Assembly: GCA_046757965.1 (NCBI GenBank)
Contig: JBHHZI010000003.1
Location: forward strand, 795-64,794
Length of the DNA stretch: 64,000 nt
Direction of reading: 5' to 3'
Origin: Acidobacteriota bacterium
Lineage (GTDB): Bacteria; Acidobacteriota; Polarisedimenticolia; SMYD01
The position numbers were made by a program, and so were the translations under genes. Below, piece by piece: positions 50,096-59,043 of this stretch. Numbering within the stretch: position 1 is the first letter of the stretch; every line of letters starts with the position of its first letter. Below the pieces are notes generated by a model that was given only the letters and a program-made list of their open reading frames with translations, had not been told where the DNA came from and did not search any database.

Positions 50096-50133
50096 AACAA
50101 GTTACATCTCAGACGGGATCGTGTCAACTTGTT
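50096..50133 (-). promoter_or_regulatory. candidate promoter of the phoH-ybeY-corC-era unit (TTGACA - 17 nt - TAACTT on the minus strand) embedded in an 8-bp inverted repeat AACAAGTT..AACTTGTT
   Basis: Read from the sequence. This is an AT-rich island in GC-rich DNA, and the IR arms overlap both hexamers. Confidence 0.35.
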
Positions 50134-51984
50134 TCACGTCTTCCGGGCCGGAACCGGACTGTCCTCCTCATCGGGCCCGGTGGGTCGCGGATCCTCCGGC
50201 GGGACGATGCGGATGTGCAGCGTCTGTGCCTGCTGGGCATCGATGGGAGACGGAGACCCGGTCATCAGATCCGAGGCGCTGGTCGTCTTCGGGAACGCGA
50301 TGACGTCGCGGATCGAGGCGCAACGGCTCAGCAGCGCGATGATACGGTCAACCCCCAGCGCGATGCCCCCGTGGGGCGGCGCCCCGAACGAGAGCGCCTG
50401 CCTCAGGAAGTCGAACTTGGCCCGCGCCTCCTGGTCCGAGATGCCCAGCGTCGCGAACACGCGGTCCTGGACCTCCCGCTGATGAATCCGGATCGAGCCA
50501 CCGCCGATCTCCGCCCCGTTGACGACCAGATCGTAGGCCCTCGCCCGGACCTCGCGGGGCGAGGCTTCCAGCTTGTCCAGATCCGCCTCCTGCGGGGCGG
50601 TGAACGGATGATGCCGGGCATAGAACCGGCCGTCCTCGGCATGCCACTCGAAGAGAGGAAAATCGGTGACCCAGACGATCTTGTGCTCCGTTTCCTGCTC
50701 CGGACCGGGAACCAGTCCCAGCCTGTTGCCAAGCCACAGACGCAGGCTGCCGAGAGCGGTGGCGGCCGTCTCGGCCTCAGCCGCCACGAACAGGGCTACA
50801 TCACCGATCCCGGCGCCAACGGCAGCCGCCGCCGCTCGAGCAGCGTCTTCGCCGAGAAACCGGGCGATGGGAGACGTGACGCCCGTATCGTCGATCTTGA
50901 TCCAGGCCAGCCCGCGCGCACCCCATTCCCTGGCGCGCTCGGCGAGCGCATCGATCTGGCTGCGCGGTACCGCCGCGCCGCCCGGCCACGCCACACCACG
51001 CACTACGCCCCCCGCCTCGATCACCTTGTCAAAGACACGGAACCCCTTGCCGGACACCACGTCCGAGACATCCCCGATCTCCAGGCCGAAGCGAAGGTCC
51101 GGTCGGTCCGTGCCGAAACGGGCCATGGCTTCATCCCAGGTCATGCGCGCGAACGGGGTCGCGATCCGGTAGCCGGCGGCCTCGAACATCTTCGAGATCA
51201 CGCCCTCCACGAGATCCTGGATGTCCCGCTCGTCGACGAAGGACGCCTCGATATCGATCTGCGTGAACTCCGCCTGGCGATCTGCGCGCATGTCCTCGTC
51301 GCGAAAGCAGCGGGCCACCTGGAAGTAGCGATCGAACCCGGAGACCATCAAGATCTGCTTGAAGATCTGCGGAGACTGGGGAAGGGCATAGAAACATCCC
51401 GGGTGAACCCGAGACGGGACCAGGTAGTCCCGCGCTCCCTCGGGCGTCGGCTTGGTGAGCACCGGCGTCTCGATCTCCAGAAACCCTTTCTCCGACAGGA
51501 ACTCACGGGTGGCCAGGAGTGCGCGATGACGCAGGCTGAAGATCTCCTGATAGCGCGGCCGGCGCAGGTCCAGGAACCGGTAGCGAAGGCGAAGGTCTTC
51601 CGCCGCCGTGCTGTCCTCGTTGACCGAGAAAGGCAGCACGTCGGCTCGATTGAGAATCCTCACGACCGCCGCCCGGACCTCGATCTCGCCGGTCGGCAGA
51701 TTCTCATTGATGTTCTCCTGGCCCCGGCGGGCCACCGTTCCCTCCACCGCAAGGACAAACTCGCCGCGCACGGTCTCACCTGTGGCGTGGGCGTCGGGAG
51801 CCTCCTCCGCGTCGAACACCACCTGGACCGTGCCACTCCGGTCACGCAGATCGATGAAGATCAGGTGGCCATGATCCCGCCGCCGATGAACCCATCCGGC
51901 CAGACGGACGACCTGCCCCGTGTCCGCGGCGCGCAGTGTGCCACAGACCGTGGTCCGGTACGCGGTGCTATCGACTGCCGGCAT
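50134..51984 (-). CDS. aspS: aspartyl-tRNA synthetase
   Basis: Class II motifs and FRDEDMRADRQ. The start is M32 of the listed ORF. Confidence 0.9.
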   Translation of the reverse strand: MPAVDSTAYRTTVCGTLRAADTGQVVRLAGWVHRRRDHGHLIFIDLRDRSGTVQVVFDAEEAPDAHATGETVRGEFVLAVEGTVARRGQENINENLPTGEIEVRAAVVRILNRADVLPFSVNEDSTAAEDLRLRYRFLDLRRPRYQEIFSLRHRALLATREFLSEKGFLEIETPVLTKPTPEGARDYLVPSRVHPGCFYALPQSPQIFKQILMVSGFDRYFQVARCFRDEDMRADRQAEFTQIDIEASFVDERDIQDLVEGVISKMFEAAGYRIATPFARMTWDEAMARFGTDRPDLRFGLEIGDVSDVVSGKGFRVFDKVIEAGGVVRGVAWPGGAAVPRSQIDALAERAREWGARGLAWIKIDDTGVTSPIARFLGEDAARAAAAAVGAGIGDVALFVAAEAETAATALGSLRLWLGNRLGLVPGPEQETEHKIVWVTDFPLFEWHAEDGRFYARHHPFTAPQEADLDKLEASPREVRARAYDLVVNGAEIGGGSIRIHQREVQDRVFATLGISDQEARAKFDFLRQALSFGAPPHGGIALGVDRIIALLSRCASIRDVIAFPKTTSASDLMTGSPSPIDAQQAQTLHIRIVPPEDPRPTGPDEEDSPVPARKT

Positions 51985-53296
51985 GTCTGATCTCCTCGAC
52001 GAGTTCGGCCAGCGCGTCGAGAGCGAACTCCGCTTCCACGCCGTCCTCGAGCCGCCGGAGTGTGGCGCGGCCGGCACTCAATTCATTCTCCCCGATCACC
52101 AGGGTGTGACGCGCCCCGGATCGGGCGGCGGCGCGCATCTGTGCCTTCACCGACCGCTGCGTCACGTCCAGGGCGGCGATCAGACCGGCATGACGGAGCC
52201 GCGTGGCCAGCTGGCGGGCGCGCCGCATCGCCTCGGACCCGACCACGACCAGGTGAATGTCGGCCACCGGGCTCTTGCCGGCCTCCTCCGGGAGGATCAT
52301 CACCAGGCGATCCAATCCGAGGGCGAAGCCGAACCCCGGCACGTCCGGCCCACCGAGCTGGGACACCAGCCCGTCGTACCGTCCGCCGCCGACCAGCGCA
52401 TTCTGCGCACCCAGACCGGACGCCGTGACCTCGAACGCCGTGCGGACGTAGTAATCGAGACCCCGGACGAGCCGGGGAGCCAGATCGAACTCCACTCCCA
52501 GGGATGCCAACCCGTCCCGCACCGCCGCGAAATGCTCGCCACAGGCATCACAGAGGTGTTCGACCAGAACCGGCAGGCCGGCCGCACGATCGACATCCAC
52601 CTTGCAGTCGAGGACACGCAGCACATTGGTCTCGAACCGCCTCTGGCAGTCCTTGCAGTACGATCCGATCTGTGGATCCAGGACCTGACGAAGGAGATCG
52701 GTGTATGGAGGACGACAGGCCCGACAGCCGACGGAGTTCAGATGCAGGCGCATACCCGAAACACCGAGAGCGGTCAGATAGTGGAGGACCATCTCGATGG
52801 TCTCCACATCCACCACCGGAGAATCGGCGCCGAGAACCTCTGCCCCGATCTGGAAGAATTGCCGGAACCGCCCCTTCTGCTTGCGCTCGTAGCGGAACAT
52901 CGGCCCGGTGTAGTACCAGCGAGTCAGATCCTCGCTCCGGTGAATGCGCCGCTGGACGAACGCCCTGACCGCCGGCGCCGTTCCTTCGGGACGGAGAGTG
53001 AGCGAGCGACCACCCCTGTCGGTGAACGTGTACATCTCCTTCGAGACGATGTCGGTCTGCTCGCCCACCGAGCGCGCGAACAGCTCCGTGAACTCGAAGA
53101 TCGGCGTCCGGATCTCCCGAAAACCGTAGCAACGGAACAGTGACCGCGCCGTGTCCTCGCAGGTCTGCCACGGCCCGATCTCGTCGGGCAACAGGTCTCT
53201 GGTGGCCTCGACGGTGCGGTACAAGACTCCTCCCCGGTGCACTGGTCCGCCAGGGCGGGCAGCGTAACACAGGCCCTCGGACCCGGCAATTCGCAT
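51968..53296 (-). CDS. hisS: histidyl-tRNA synthetase
   Basis: TRDLLP, RPEGTA, GGRYDGL. The start is uncertain; M11 is chosen, and a GTG further in is also possible. Confidence 0.8.
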   Translation of the reverse strand: MRIAGSEGLCYAARPGGPVHRGGVLYRTVEATRDLLPDEIGPWQTCEDTARSLFRCYGFREIRTPIFEFTELFARSVGEQTDIVSKEMYTFTDRGGRSLTLRPEGTAPAVRAFVQRRIHRSEDLTRWYYTGPMFRYERKQKGRFRQFFQIGAEVLGADSPVVDVETIEMVLHYLTALGVSGMRLHLNSVGCRACRPPYTDLLRQVLDPQIGSYCKDCQRRFETNVLRVLDCKVDVDRAAGLPVLVEHLCDACGEHFAAVRDGLASLGVEFDLAPRLVRGLDYYVRTAFEVTASGLGAQNALVGGGRYDGLVSQLGGPDVPGFGFALGLDRLVMILPEEAGKSPVADIHLVVVGSEAMRRARQLATRLRHAGLIAALDVTQRSVKAQMRAAARSGARHTLVIGENELSAGRATLRRLEDGVEAEFALDALAELVEEIRHAGSR

Positions 53297-53313
53297 GTTA
53301 TGCTTCCGCCTCC

Positions 53314-54543
53314 ATGCGTGTCGCACCCCTCAGAGACCGGACCCGCGCGTCGTTGGTGGCAGTTGTCGCCGTGCTGGCCACGAACCTGGTCGCAGGAGTC
53401 GGCGGCCCGGTGCCGTTCGCGCAGGTGCGCCCCCTGGTGCTGGAGGATCCATCTCACGCGGTCCCGCCGGAACCACCACCCAGGTTACCGCCCCGACGGG
53501 CGACCCTCTCCCGGCAGTGGGAGATCGAGGCCGGCGGCCAGATCGTCGACGGATTCCTGGGCGGACCCGGCGGAGTTGTCTTCGCCACGCACGACGGCAC
53601 CGTGCGGCTGTCGTCACCCGACTCCGGTCAGGCGATCTGGGTGCGCCGGCTCGCAGCGCCGGTGGAGTTCGCCCCGGCCGGCATCAACCGGCGAGTGTAC
53701 ATCGTCGCCGGGCACCAGCTCTTCGCCCTGGCAGCAGAAACCGGTGAGCTCGTGTGGACCACGGAACTCCCTGGTGAGCCGGCGTGGGCGCCGGTTGCCG
53801 ACAATCAGCGCGTCGTCGTGTCGCTGACCTCCGGGGAGATCGTCATCATCGATGCAGGAGCCGGCATCCCTCGCGGGACGGCCTCGCCGGGCTGCCTCGC
53901 CTCGGCACCCCCGCGGATTCAACGCAACCGGATCGCCATCGCCTGCCGGGAAGGTGCCGTTCTTCTTCTTGACCCGGACAGTGGAGAGACGGTCTGGCGC
54001 CGGAAGACCCGGGCTGCGGTGCGGACGGCCCCGTTCATCGGCAAGAAATCGGTCCTCGTCGCCGACGACAGCCGGCGGCTGCTGGCGCTGGGTCTGAGAC
54101 ATGGCCGGCCGCGATACGCCGCGCACCTCGCCGCCCGTCCCGGGCCCTTTCTCATCGTCCGGCAGGGCACGGTTCTCGTCGGCGCGTTCGACAACATGCT
54201 CTATGCGTTCAGGGGGGCCGGGGGTCACATGCTGTGGAGCGCCGATATCGGAGCCCGCCCCGCCTCCCCGCCGGCGGTACGCGGCGATATGGTCGTCAGC
54301 ATCCCGATGCTGTCCACCTCGATCGTGGTCGTCGATCTTCGCGACGGAGCCGTCATCGGTGACGAGCCACTGGCCGACCCGGACCGTCATTCCGCCGGAG
54401 GACCGGTGTTCGCCGGCCGGATCCTGGTGGTTGCCAGCCGGCCGGTCGGCGGCGGGCCGGGATGGCTGACCGGCTATACCGTCGAGGTCGAGGAAGTCGC
54501 CCGCGGTGTGGCGTCCGCCGCAGCGCGCGGTCCGTCGCGGTGA
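53314..54543 (+). CDS. PQQ-like beta-propeller repeat protein (BamB-like), secreted
   Basis: Signal peptide, then repeated ..G..VW / LY..D..TG..VW blades. Confidence 0.5.
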   Translation: MRVAPLRDRTRASLVAVVAVLATNLVAGVGGPVPFAQVRPLVLEDPSHAVPPEPPPRLPPRRATLSRQWEIEAGGQIVDGFLGGPGGVVFATHDGTVRLSSPDSGQAIWVRRLAAPVEFAPAGINRRVYIVAGHQLFALAAETGELVWTTELPGEPAWAPVADNQRVVVSLTSGEIVIIDAGAGIPRGTASPGCLASAPPRIQRNRIAIACREGAVLLLDPDSGETVWRRKTRAAVRTAPFIGKKSVLVADDSRRLLALGLRHGRPRYAAHLAARPGPFLIVRQGTVLVGAFDNMLYAFRGAGGHMLWSADIGARPASPPAVRGDMVVSIPMLSTSIVVVDLRDGAVIGDEPLADPDRHSAGGPVFAGRILVVASRPVGGGPGWLTGYTVEVEEVARGVASAAARGPSR

Positions 54544-54553
54544 CCCGCCGGAT

Positions 54554-55210
54554 CTAGTTCCCGGGCTGCTCCGGGTCCACAGATTCGGCCGACGCGTCCG
54601 GTCTTTCCCAGCGGCGCCGCAGCAACCGCCGCACCGGTGCGGGCAGCGGGATCATCCTGTTGACCCGGGCCTTGTACTCGAGGTAGTCGGCGCCGAACCG
54701 ATGTTCGAGCTCCACCTCCTCGACCTCGACGATGACATAGAGGGCGAAGAGATTCAGCGCGGGACAGAGACCGAAGAGAGCAATCGGCGACGCGAACAGG
54801 AACGCCAGGCCGTAGTAGTACAGGAGATAGCCGAACACCATGGGGTTGCGGCAGTAAGCGAACGGGCCGGCCACCAGCAACCTCTTCGGCGGGACCTTGA
54901 ACGCCGGCGTGCCACCGGAGAGGCGTAACTGATCCGTGGCGGTCCAGATGACGAACAACTGCCCCACCGCGAGCAGCGGCAAGAACAGAGCCAGGCGCAC
55001 CCCGATCTGCACGTCGAAGCGCAGATGGAGAAGCTGATCGATGCCGACGAAGTGCTCGACGCCCAGGCTCGCCAGCAGGATGCTGCCCGGCAGCAATACC
55101 TCGAAGAGGATGAACCCCCACGCCGTCGCGAACGACTTCGTGGCACGCCCGTACTCTTTTTGCGCCGATCTGAGGATCAGCTCAACGAGCCAGTTCATGG
55201 CCTGCCTCAC
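54554..55210 (-). CDS. isoprenylcysteine carboxyl methyltransferase (ICMT / phospholipid methyltransferase) family membrane protein
   Basis: Polytopic, with C-terminal VAGPFAYCRNPMVFGYLL..GADYLEYKARVNRMIP, which is the ICMT-family motif. Confidence 0.6.
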   Translation of the reverse strand: MRQAMNWLVELILRSAQKEYGRATKSFATAWGFILFEVLLPGSILLASLGVEHFVGIDQLLHLRFDVQIGVRLALFLPLLAVGQLFVIWTATDQLRLSGGTPAFKVPPKRLLVAGPFAYCRNPMVFGYLLYYYGLAFLFASPIALFGLCPALNLFALYVIVEVEEVELEHRFGADYLEYKARVNRMIPLPAPVRRLLRRRWERPDASAESVDPEQPGN

Positions 55211-55305
55211 GACGAAACGGGGAACAACCCAGGCAGAGTTCTCACGCTATCACAGAGGGCGTCGCGCCGCTCGCCAGGAGCGGACTGCCCCCCTATATTG
55301 AACAG

Positions 55306-56373
55306 ATGACAATCTCGCGCGTGCTGGCCTGGATCTTGCTGTGTCTGACTCTGGTCGGGTCGAGCCTCGTTCGCCAGCTCCACGTGTTCATTCCCGAATG
55401 GGCTCCCCTGCCCTGGCCCATCCGGAGCCCGCTGTACATCTTTCTCGTCCTGCTGTTCCTCATCGTGGCGTTCGGATCCGGGCGGGCGAGCCCCGTCGCA
55501 TCCACGCCCCGACCTGGCCGGGTTCCCCTCGCCTGGCTGGCACCGCTGCTGCTGGCGCTGGTCTACGAGAAGGTGCTGTCCATCACGCTGTACGAGGCCC
55601 TGCTGGACCACACCATCCGGGTCTCCTGGATGCGGGACCATCTCGATGCGTGGATTCACCTCGTCATCGGCACCGGCATGACGCTGGCCGTCCTGCTGCT
55701 GGTGCCTATCCTGCGCCACGTCTCCATCTCCGACTTCACCATGCCCGCCCGGCTGCGGGCCGGATTCTACCTCCAGATGGTCGCTCTCATCGCGACCTAC
55801 GCGTTTCTTGCCGGCCTGACAGCGCTGGTCGGCGGAAGAGAAAACCATGTAACCCTGCTGTTCACCACCGGTGTGCCGGTCGTGCTCCTGGCCCTCGGAC
55901 AGGGCCTGCGGGCCATGTCCGAGGAGTTCTACTACCGGGGACTGCTGCAGCGCGAACTGAACGGTCTCATGCATGCCCTCGGCGTTCGCTCCAGGCGAAA
56001 CGGACAGGCGCTGGCCGTCGCGATGATTTCGTTCGGCTTCGGCATCGAGCATTTTCGCTTCGGTGCTCCGCTGAGCGAGTCGTACAAGGGATTCGCCTAC
56101 GCCATGGCGGTCGGATTCCTGTTCGGCTACCTGCTCATCCTGACCGGCAACGTGTTCTTCTGCGGACTGGTGCACGCCACGAACAACTTCGTCAGCGCCG
56201 GGGTGATGCCCCGACTCGGCACGGCCGACCAGGTCATCGTCCTCTCCCCTGATACCTTCCTGTACGTGTACCTGGTGGCGGTGTTCGTCCTGGTGTTCAT
56301 GTTCGCCGCGATCCCCCGCGGAAACCTGCGCCGGGTGTTCTTTCCCGATACCGATCCACCCATGCACGCCTGA
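55306..56373 (+). CDS. CPBP-family intramembrane metalloprotease (CAAX protease / Abi)
   Basis: EEFYYRG, FGIEH and HATNN motifs. TATATT sits 6 nt upstream of the ATG with no SD, so the transcript is probably leaderless. Confidence 0.7.
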   Translation: MTISRVLAWILLCLTLVGSSLVRQLHVFIPEWAPLPWPIRSPLYIFLVLLFLIVAFGSGRASPVASTPRPGRVPLAWLAPLLLALVYEKVLSITLYEALLDHTIRVSWMRDHLDAWIHLVIGTGMTLAVLLLVPILRHVSISDFTMPARLRAGFYLQMVALIATYAFLAGLTALVGGRENHVTLLFTTGVPVVLLALGQGLRAMSEEFYYRGLLQRELNGLMHALGVRSRRNGQALAVAMISFGFGIEHFRFGAPLSESYKGFAYAMAVGFLFGYLLILTGNVFFCGLVHATNNFVSAGVMPRLGTADQVIVLSPDTFLYVYLVAVFVLVFMFAAIPRGNLRRVFFPDTDPPMHA

Positions 56374-56387
56374 CCGCCGCGCCGCCG

Positions 56388-57377
56388 TCAGGGAATCAGG
56401 TCGCCCACCGGGTCGCCGATGGCGCGCAACCGTTCGATCTGATTCGGGCCGACGGTGAACGAGACGACCATCCCGTCCCGGTCGGCCTCCGCGACGATCT
56501 GACGCAGGAGTTCGTAGAGGTCCGGGTCTCGCGCCTGCGAGACGCCCATCTGCCCCAGCGCCAGCAACCCCTTGGCCGCATCCGCCAGTAATCGCGCGCT
56601 GTCATCGTCGGCGGTCAGGGCCCGCAACTCGAAGAAGATGTCCTTGCCGATGTCGACCGAGAACCCGATTGCCTTGATCGAGTGTATGGCGGGATTATCC
56701 TTCAATGCCCCGAGAACCTCCAGGTTGCCTCCACTCGCCTCGCCGGCACGCAGCGCCGCCTCGACGACGCCGCGGGCATCGATCAGCCCCCAGATCGGCC
56801 GGCGAATCTCGGTGCGGCTGCGCGCGGCCACCAGCTCCGGGGATTCCTTCGAGCGATCGACCACCATCTCCACCGCATCCGCCGTGCCGAAGGACAGCTC
56901 CCCGTCGCCGAGAAACGACATGACGAGTTCGACGTCCGCGGTCTGGATCACCGGCATGATCACATGGCCACCGACCTCCCGGGCCACCGGTGCGTAGGCC
57001 TTCTCCAGGCGACGCATGGTCTGGTCGGGAAAATCCGCACCGACCACACCGGCAAACGACTGGGGTCGGGTCTCATCGGCGAAGGAATACAGCGTGAAGG
57101 AACGGATCGATCCAGACATGTCAGCCAGGCCGGTCGCGGCCAGAAACATCTGCAGCTTCTCGTCGCTGCGGGCCAGCATCCCGACATGCTCGGCAGCCTC
57201 CTGGTAGAGATCCGAGTCGCGCAGGCGATCGAGATCCATGTGCAGCACCAGCTTCACACCCTCGGGAAGCGGCAGAGGATCACCCGCGGCCGGAGTCTCC
57301 GCCGGGTGCAGGAGGAGTGGCGCGAGCACGATTCCCAGGACGGCCCGATGCCATTTCGACCCGCTCTCACGCCCCAT
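56388..57377 (-). CDS. secreted hypothetical protein
   Basis: GGAGG 5 nt upstream of the ATG; signal peptide; no recognised domain. Confidence 0.4.
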   Translation of the reverse strand: MGRESGSKWHRAVLGIVLAPLLLHPAETPAAGDPLPLPEGVKLVLHMDLDRLRDSDLYQEAAEHVGMLARSDEKLQMFLAATGLADMSGSIRSFTLYSFADETRPQSFAGVVGADFPDQTMRRLEKAYAPVAREVGGHVIMPVIQTADVELVMSFLGDGELSFGTADAVEMVVDRSKESPELVAARSRTEIRRPIWGLIDARGVVEAALRAGEASGGNLEVLGALKDNPAIHSIKAIGFSVDIGKDIFFELRALTADDDSARLLADAAKGLLALGQMGVSQARDPDLYELLRQIVAEADRDGMVVSFTVGPNQIERLRAIGDPVGDLIP

Positions 57378-57528
57378 GCTGCCTCCAGGCGCCTCACCCG
57401 ACGCCCCTCGCGGCGACCGATCGCCGCGAGGCCGAGACTATCGACTCGTCCGCCCCGTCGCAAGCGAAGCGCACGTCATCAGATACGTGGGAAGCGCCCC
57501 TCGGGTTCATCGGAGCCGGCCCAGACGG

Positions 57529-57559
57529 AAAGGGCCGGACCGCAGCGGCCCGGCCCTTT
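57529..57559 (-). terminator. GC-rich hairpin (10-bp stem AAAGGGCCGG/CCGGCCCTTT) with a short U tract; candidate terminator after the three-gene operon
   Basis: Read from the sequence, 30 nt downstream of the third gene's stop. Confidence 0.3.
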
Positions 57560-57588
57560 CGGCCCTGAGTCGAGGAGGTGGAGCGCGA

Positions 57589-57858
57589 TCAGTTCATGCA
57601 GAGGAAGGGTTCCATGATCTGGCAGAGGTGGAACGGCCGGATCGGCATCGGCGCGCGGCTCGAAACCACGTGCGGCGGCAGGTCAGCGCCTCGCAGAAAT
57701 TCAGTCATCACGTGCGTGCCGAGATGGCGAAATCTGTCGAGCAGGTCTTCCTGCAGGATCTCGGTCAGGTGATCCTCCCACGAGTCGCTGTGCATCATCT
57801 CTGTCGTCGTGTCCTGTTGGTCCAGCATCTTCCCTCCCGTCCCCGTTCGGTTTCTCAT
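57589..57858 (-). CDS. small hypothetical protein C (79-89 aa)
   Basis: Its ATG overlaps the stop of the upstream gene as ATGA. An alternative internal ATG has a GGAGGGAAG RBS. Confidence 0.4.
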   Translation of the reverse strand: MRNRTGTGGKMLDQQDTTTEMMHSDSWEDHLTEILQEDLLDRFRHLGTHVMTEFLRGADLPPHVVSSRAPMPIRPFHLCQIMEPFLCMN

Positions 57859-58262
57859 CGACCGTTGCCCTGCAGGTGCAGGCGCAGCAACCCGGACACA
57901 TACACCGGAAAGGCGCCCTTGCCGTTCATCACCATCGCCTCGCGTCCGGCGTTGAAGCCGACGCAGAACCGCGTATCTTCTGTCTGCTCATCACCGACCA
58001 GACCGCCGGTGATCACGTCATCGCAATCGCCGAAGAAATCCTCGATGGAGTCGTCCTCATCGCCCATCACGACCCACACGTTGTCGGGAAAGCTTCCGCC
58101 CGCAGGCCGGCCGTCCGGGCTGAGCATGATCACGCCGTCCAGTGTCGTGAGACGTCGGGGTCGCTCTCGCCGCGACAGCGAGGCTCTGGTGGTATCCCTC
58201 TTGTGCGATTCCGGGGCGATTTCCGACACGTTGTTCCCCCTTTGCCGTGATGGATCAATCAT
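57855..58262 (-). CDS. small hypothetical protein B (135 aa), acidic, possible Roadblock/LC7-like fold
   Basis: ATGA overlap with gene A. The LTTLDGVIMLSPDGRPAGG pattern weakly resembles Roadblock. Confidence 0.45.
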   Translation of the reverse strand: MIDPSRQRGNNVSEIAPESHKRDTTRASLSRRERPRRLTTLDGVIMLSPDGRPAGGSFPDNVWVVMGDEDDSIEDFFGDCDDVITGGLVGDEQTEDTRFCVGFNAGREAMVMNGKGAFPVYVSGLLRLHLQGNGR

Positions 58263-58657
58263 TCCGTTGCGAGGGCATGAAGCACCGCGGAGATCTCGCT
58301 GGTGCTCGCTGCGGCATGCGTGTAGTAGTGCACGCCGGTCCGGCGGATCGTCACCTCGGACACCGCGGACTCCCGCGCGTCGAGAAACACGATCGGGAGT
58401 CGCGGCGCCAGCGACTTCACATCTGCGAGCAGCGCGTGCGTGCGTGCCGATTCACCGTCCCCGGAGACCACGATCGCCCGCACCGAGAGCGGCTCGGCGC
58501 GGAGAAGGGCCAGCGCATCGGCCACGTCCAGCGACAGACAGTCGGACGAGACCGTCGACGCCGTCGTCGGCCCAGCGCTCCCGGCTGGCCCGTCGGCGGC
58601 GATGAACAGGACCCACTGTTCATCTCCCATCGTCCGGATGGTGCTCGTCTGTGCCAT
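58259..58657 (-). CDS. small hypothetical protein A (133 aa), degenerate receiver-like (CheY-fold) candidate
   Basis: GGGAGG 6 nt upstream of the ATG at 58657. Beta-alpha periodicity WVLFIAADG / VRAIVVSGDG / PIVFLDA, but no canonical phospho-acceptor context. The start is internal to listed ORF 58259..58744. Confidence 0.5.
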   Translation of the reverse strand: MAQTSTIRTMGDEQWVLFIAADGPAGSAGPTTASTVSSDCLSLDVADALALLRAEPLSVRAIVVSGDGESARTHALLADVKSLAPRLPIVFLDARESAVSEVTIRRTGVHYYTHAAASTSEISAVLHALATE

Positions 58658-58696
58658 CCCTGGCCTCCCTGGTTCGATGCAGCCAGGCACCCCAAG

Positions 58697-58712
58697 AGCA
58701 ACGTGCATGCCA
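58697..58712 (-). promoter_or_regulatory. sigma-54 promoter: TGGCATG-CACG-TTGCT on the minus strand (consensus TGGCACG-N4-TTGCW), about 40 nt upstream of the gene A ATG
   Basis: Exact -24 GG and -12 GC elements with canonical spacing, read directly. Confidence 0.55.
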
Positions 58713-58904
58713 GCGTGGAACCGACACCTCGGGAAGTGGTTCATCTGACTGAAATGATTGATGTTGCGATCACGTCATCGACGGCCGATGGTGAACATCC
58801 GCCAGCATCGCCGGCGAGACCAACCGGCAATCGTGCAAGAAGTGTCACGATGGCGTCACTGCCCGGCCCGCTCTCGGATGGCCGGCCGCAACCGGCTGCG
58901 AGAA

Positions 58905-59043
58905 ATCAACTTGAGGTCGGTGAAGGATCTTGACGCCAGGGCGTCACATCGGCCAGGCGCCTGGCGGGACCCGGCGCAAGCTGCTGAACAACATCGACTT
59001 GAGGCCAGTGACGAAAGGTGTCGGGAAACGACGGACGCGTCAC
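58905..59043. promoter_or_regulatory. two imperfect ~45-50 bp direct repeats, each starting ATCrACTTGAGGyCrGTGA and ending in a GACGC/GCGTCA palindrome; third GCGTCAC copy at 58852; candidate enhancer (UAS) sites
   Basis: Repeat 1 at 58905-58947 contains the perfect palindrome TGACGCCAGGGCGTCA (58931-58946). Repeat 2 at 58993-59043 contains GACGCGTC. Confidence 0.35.

Noticed and set aside
58950-58975. Plus-strand TGGCGGGACCCGGCGCAAG as a sigma-54 promoter
   Set aside because: The GG/GC spacing is off by one and it points toward no plus-strand gene. The minus-strand site at 58697-58712 is a far better match and is correctly positioned.
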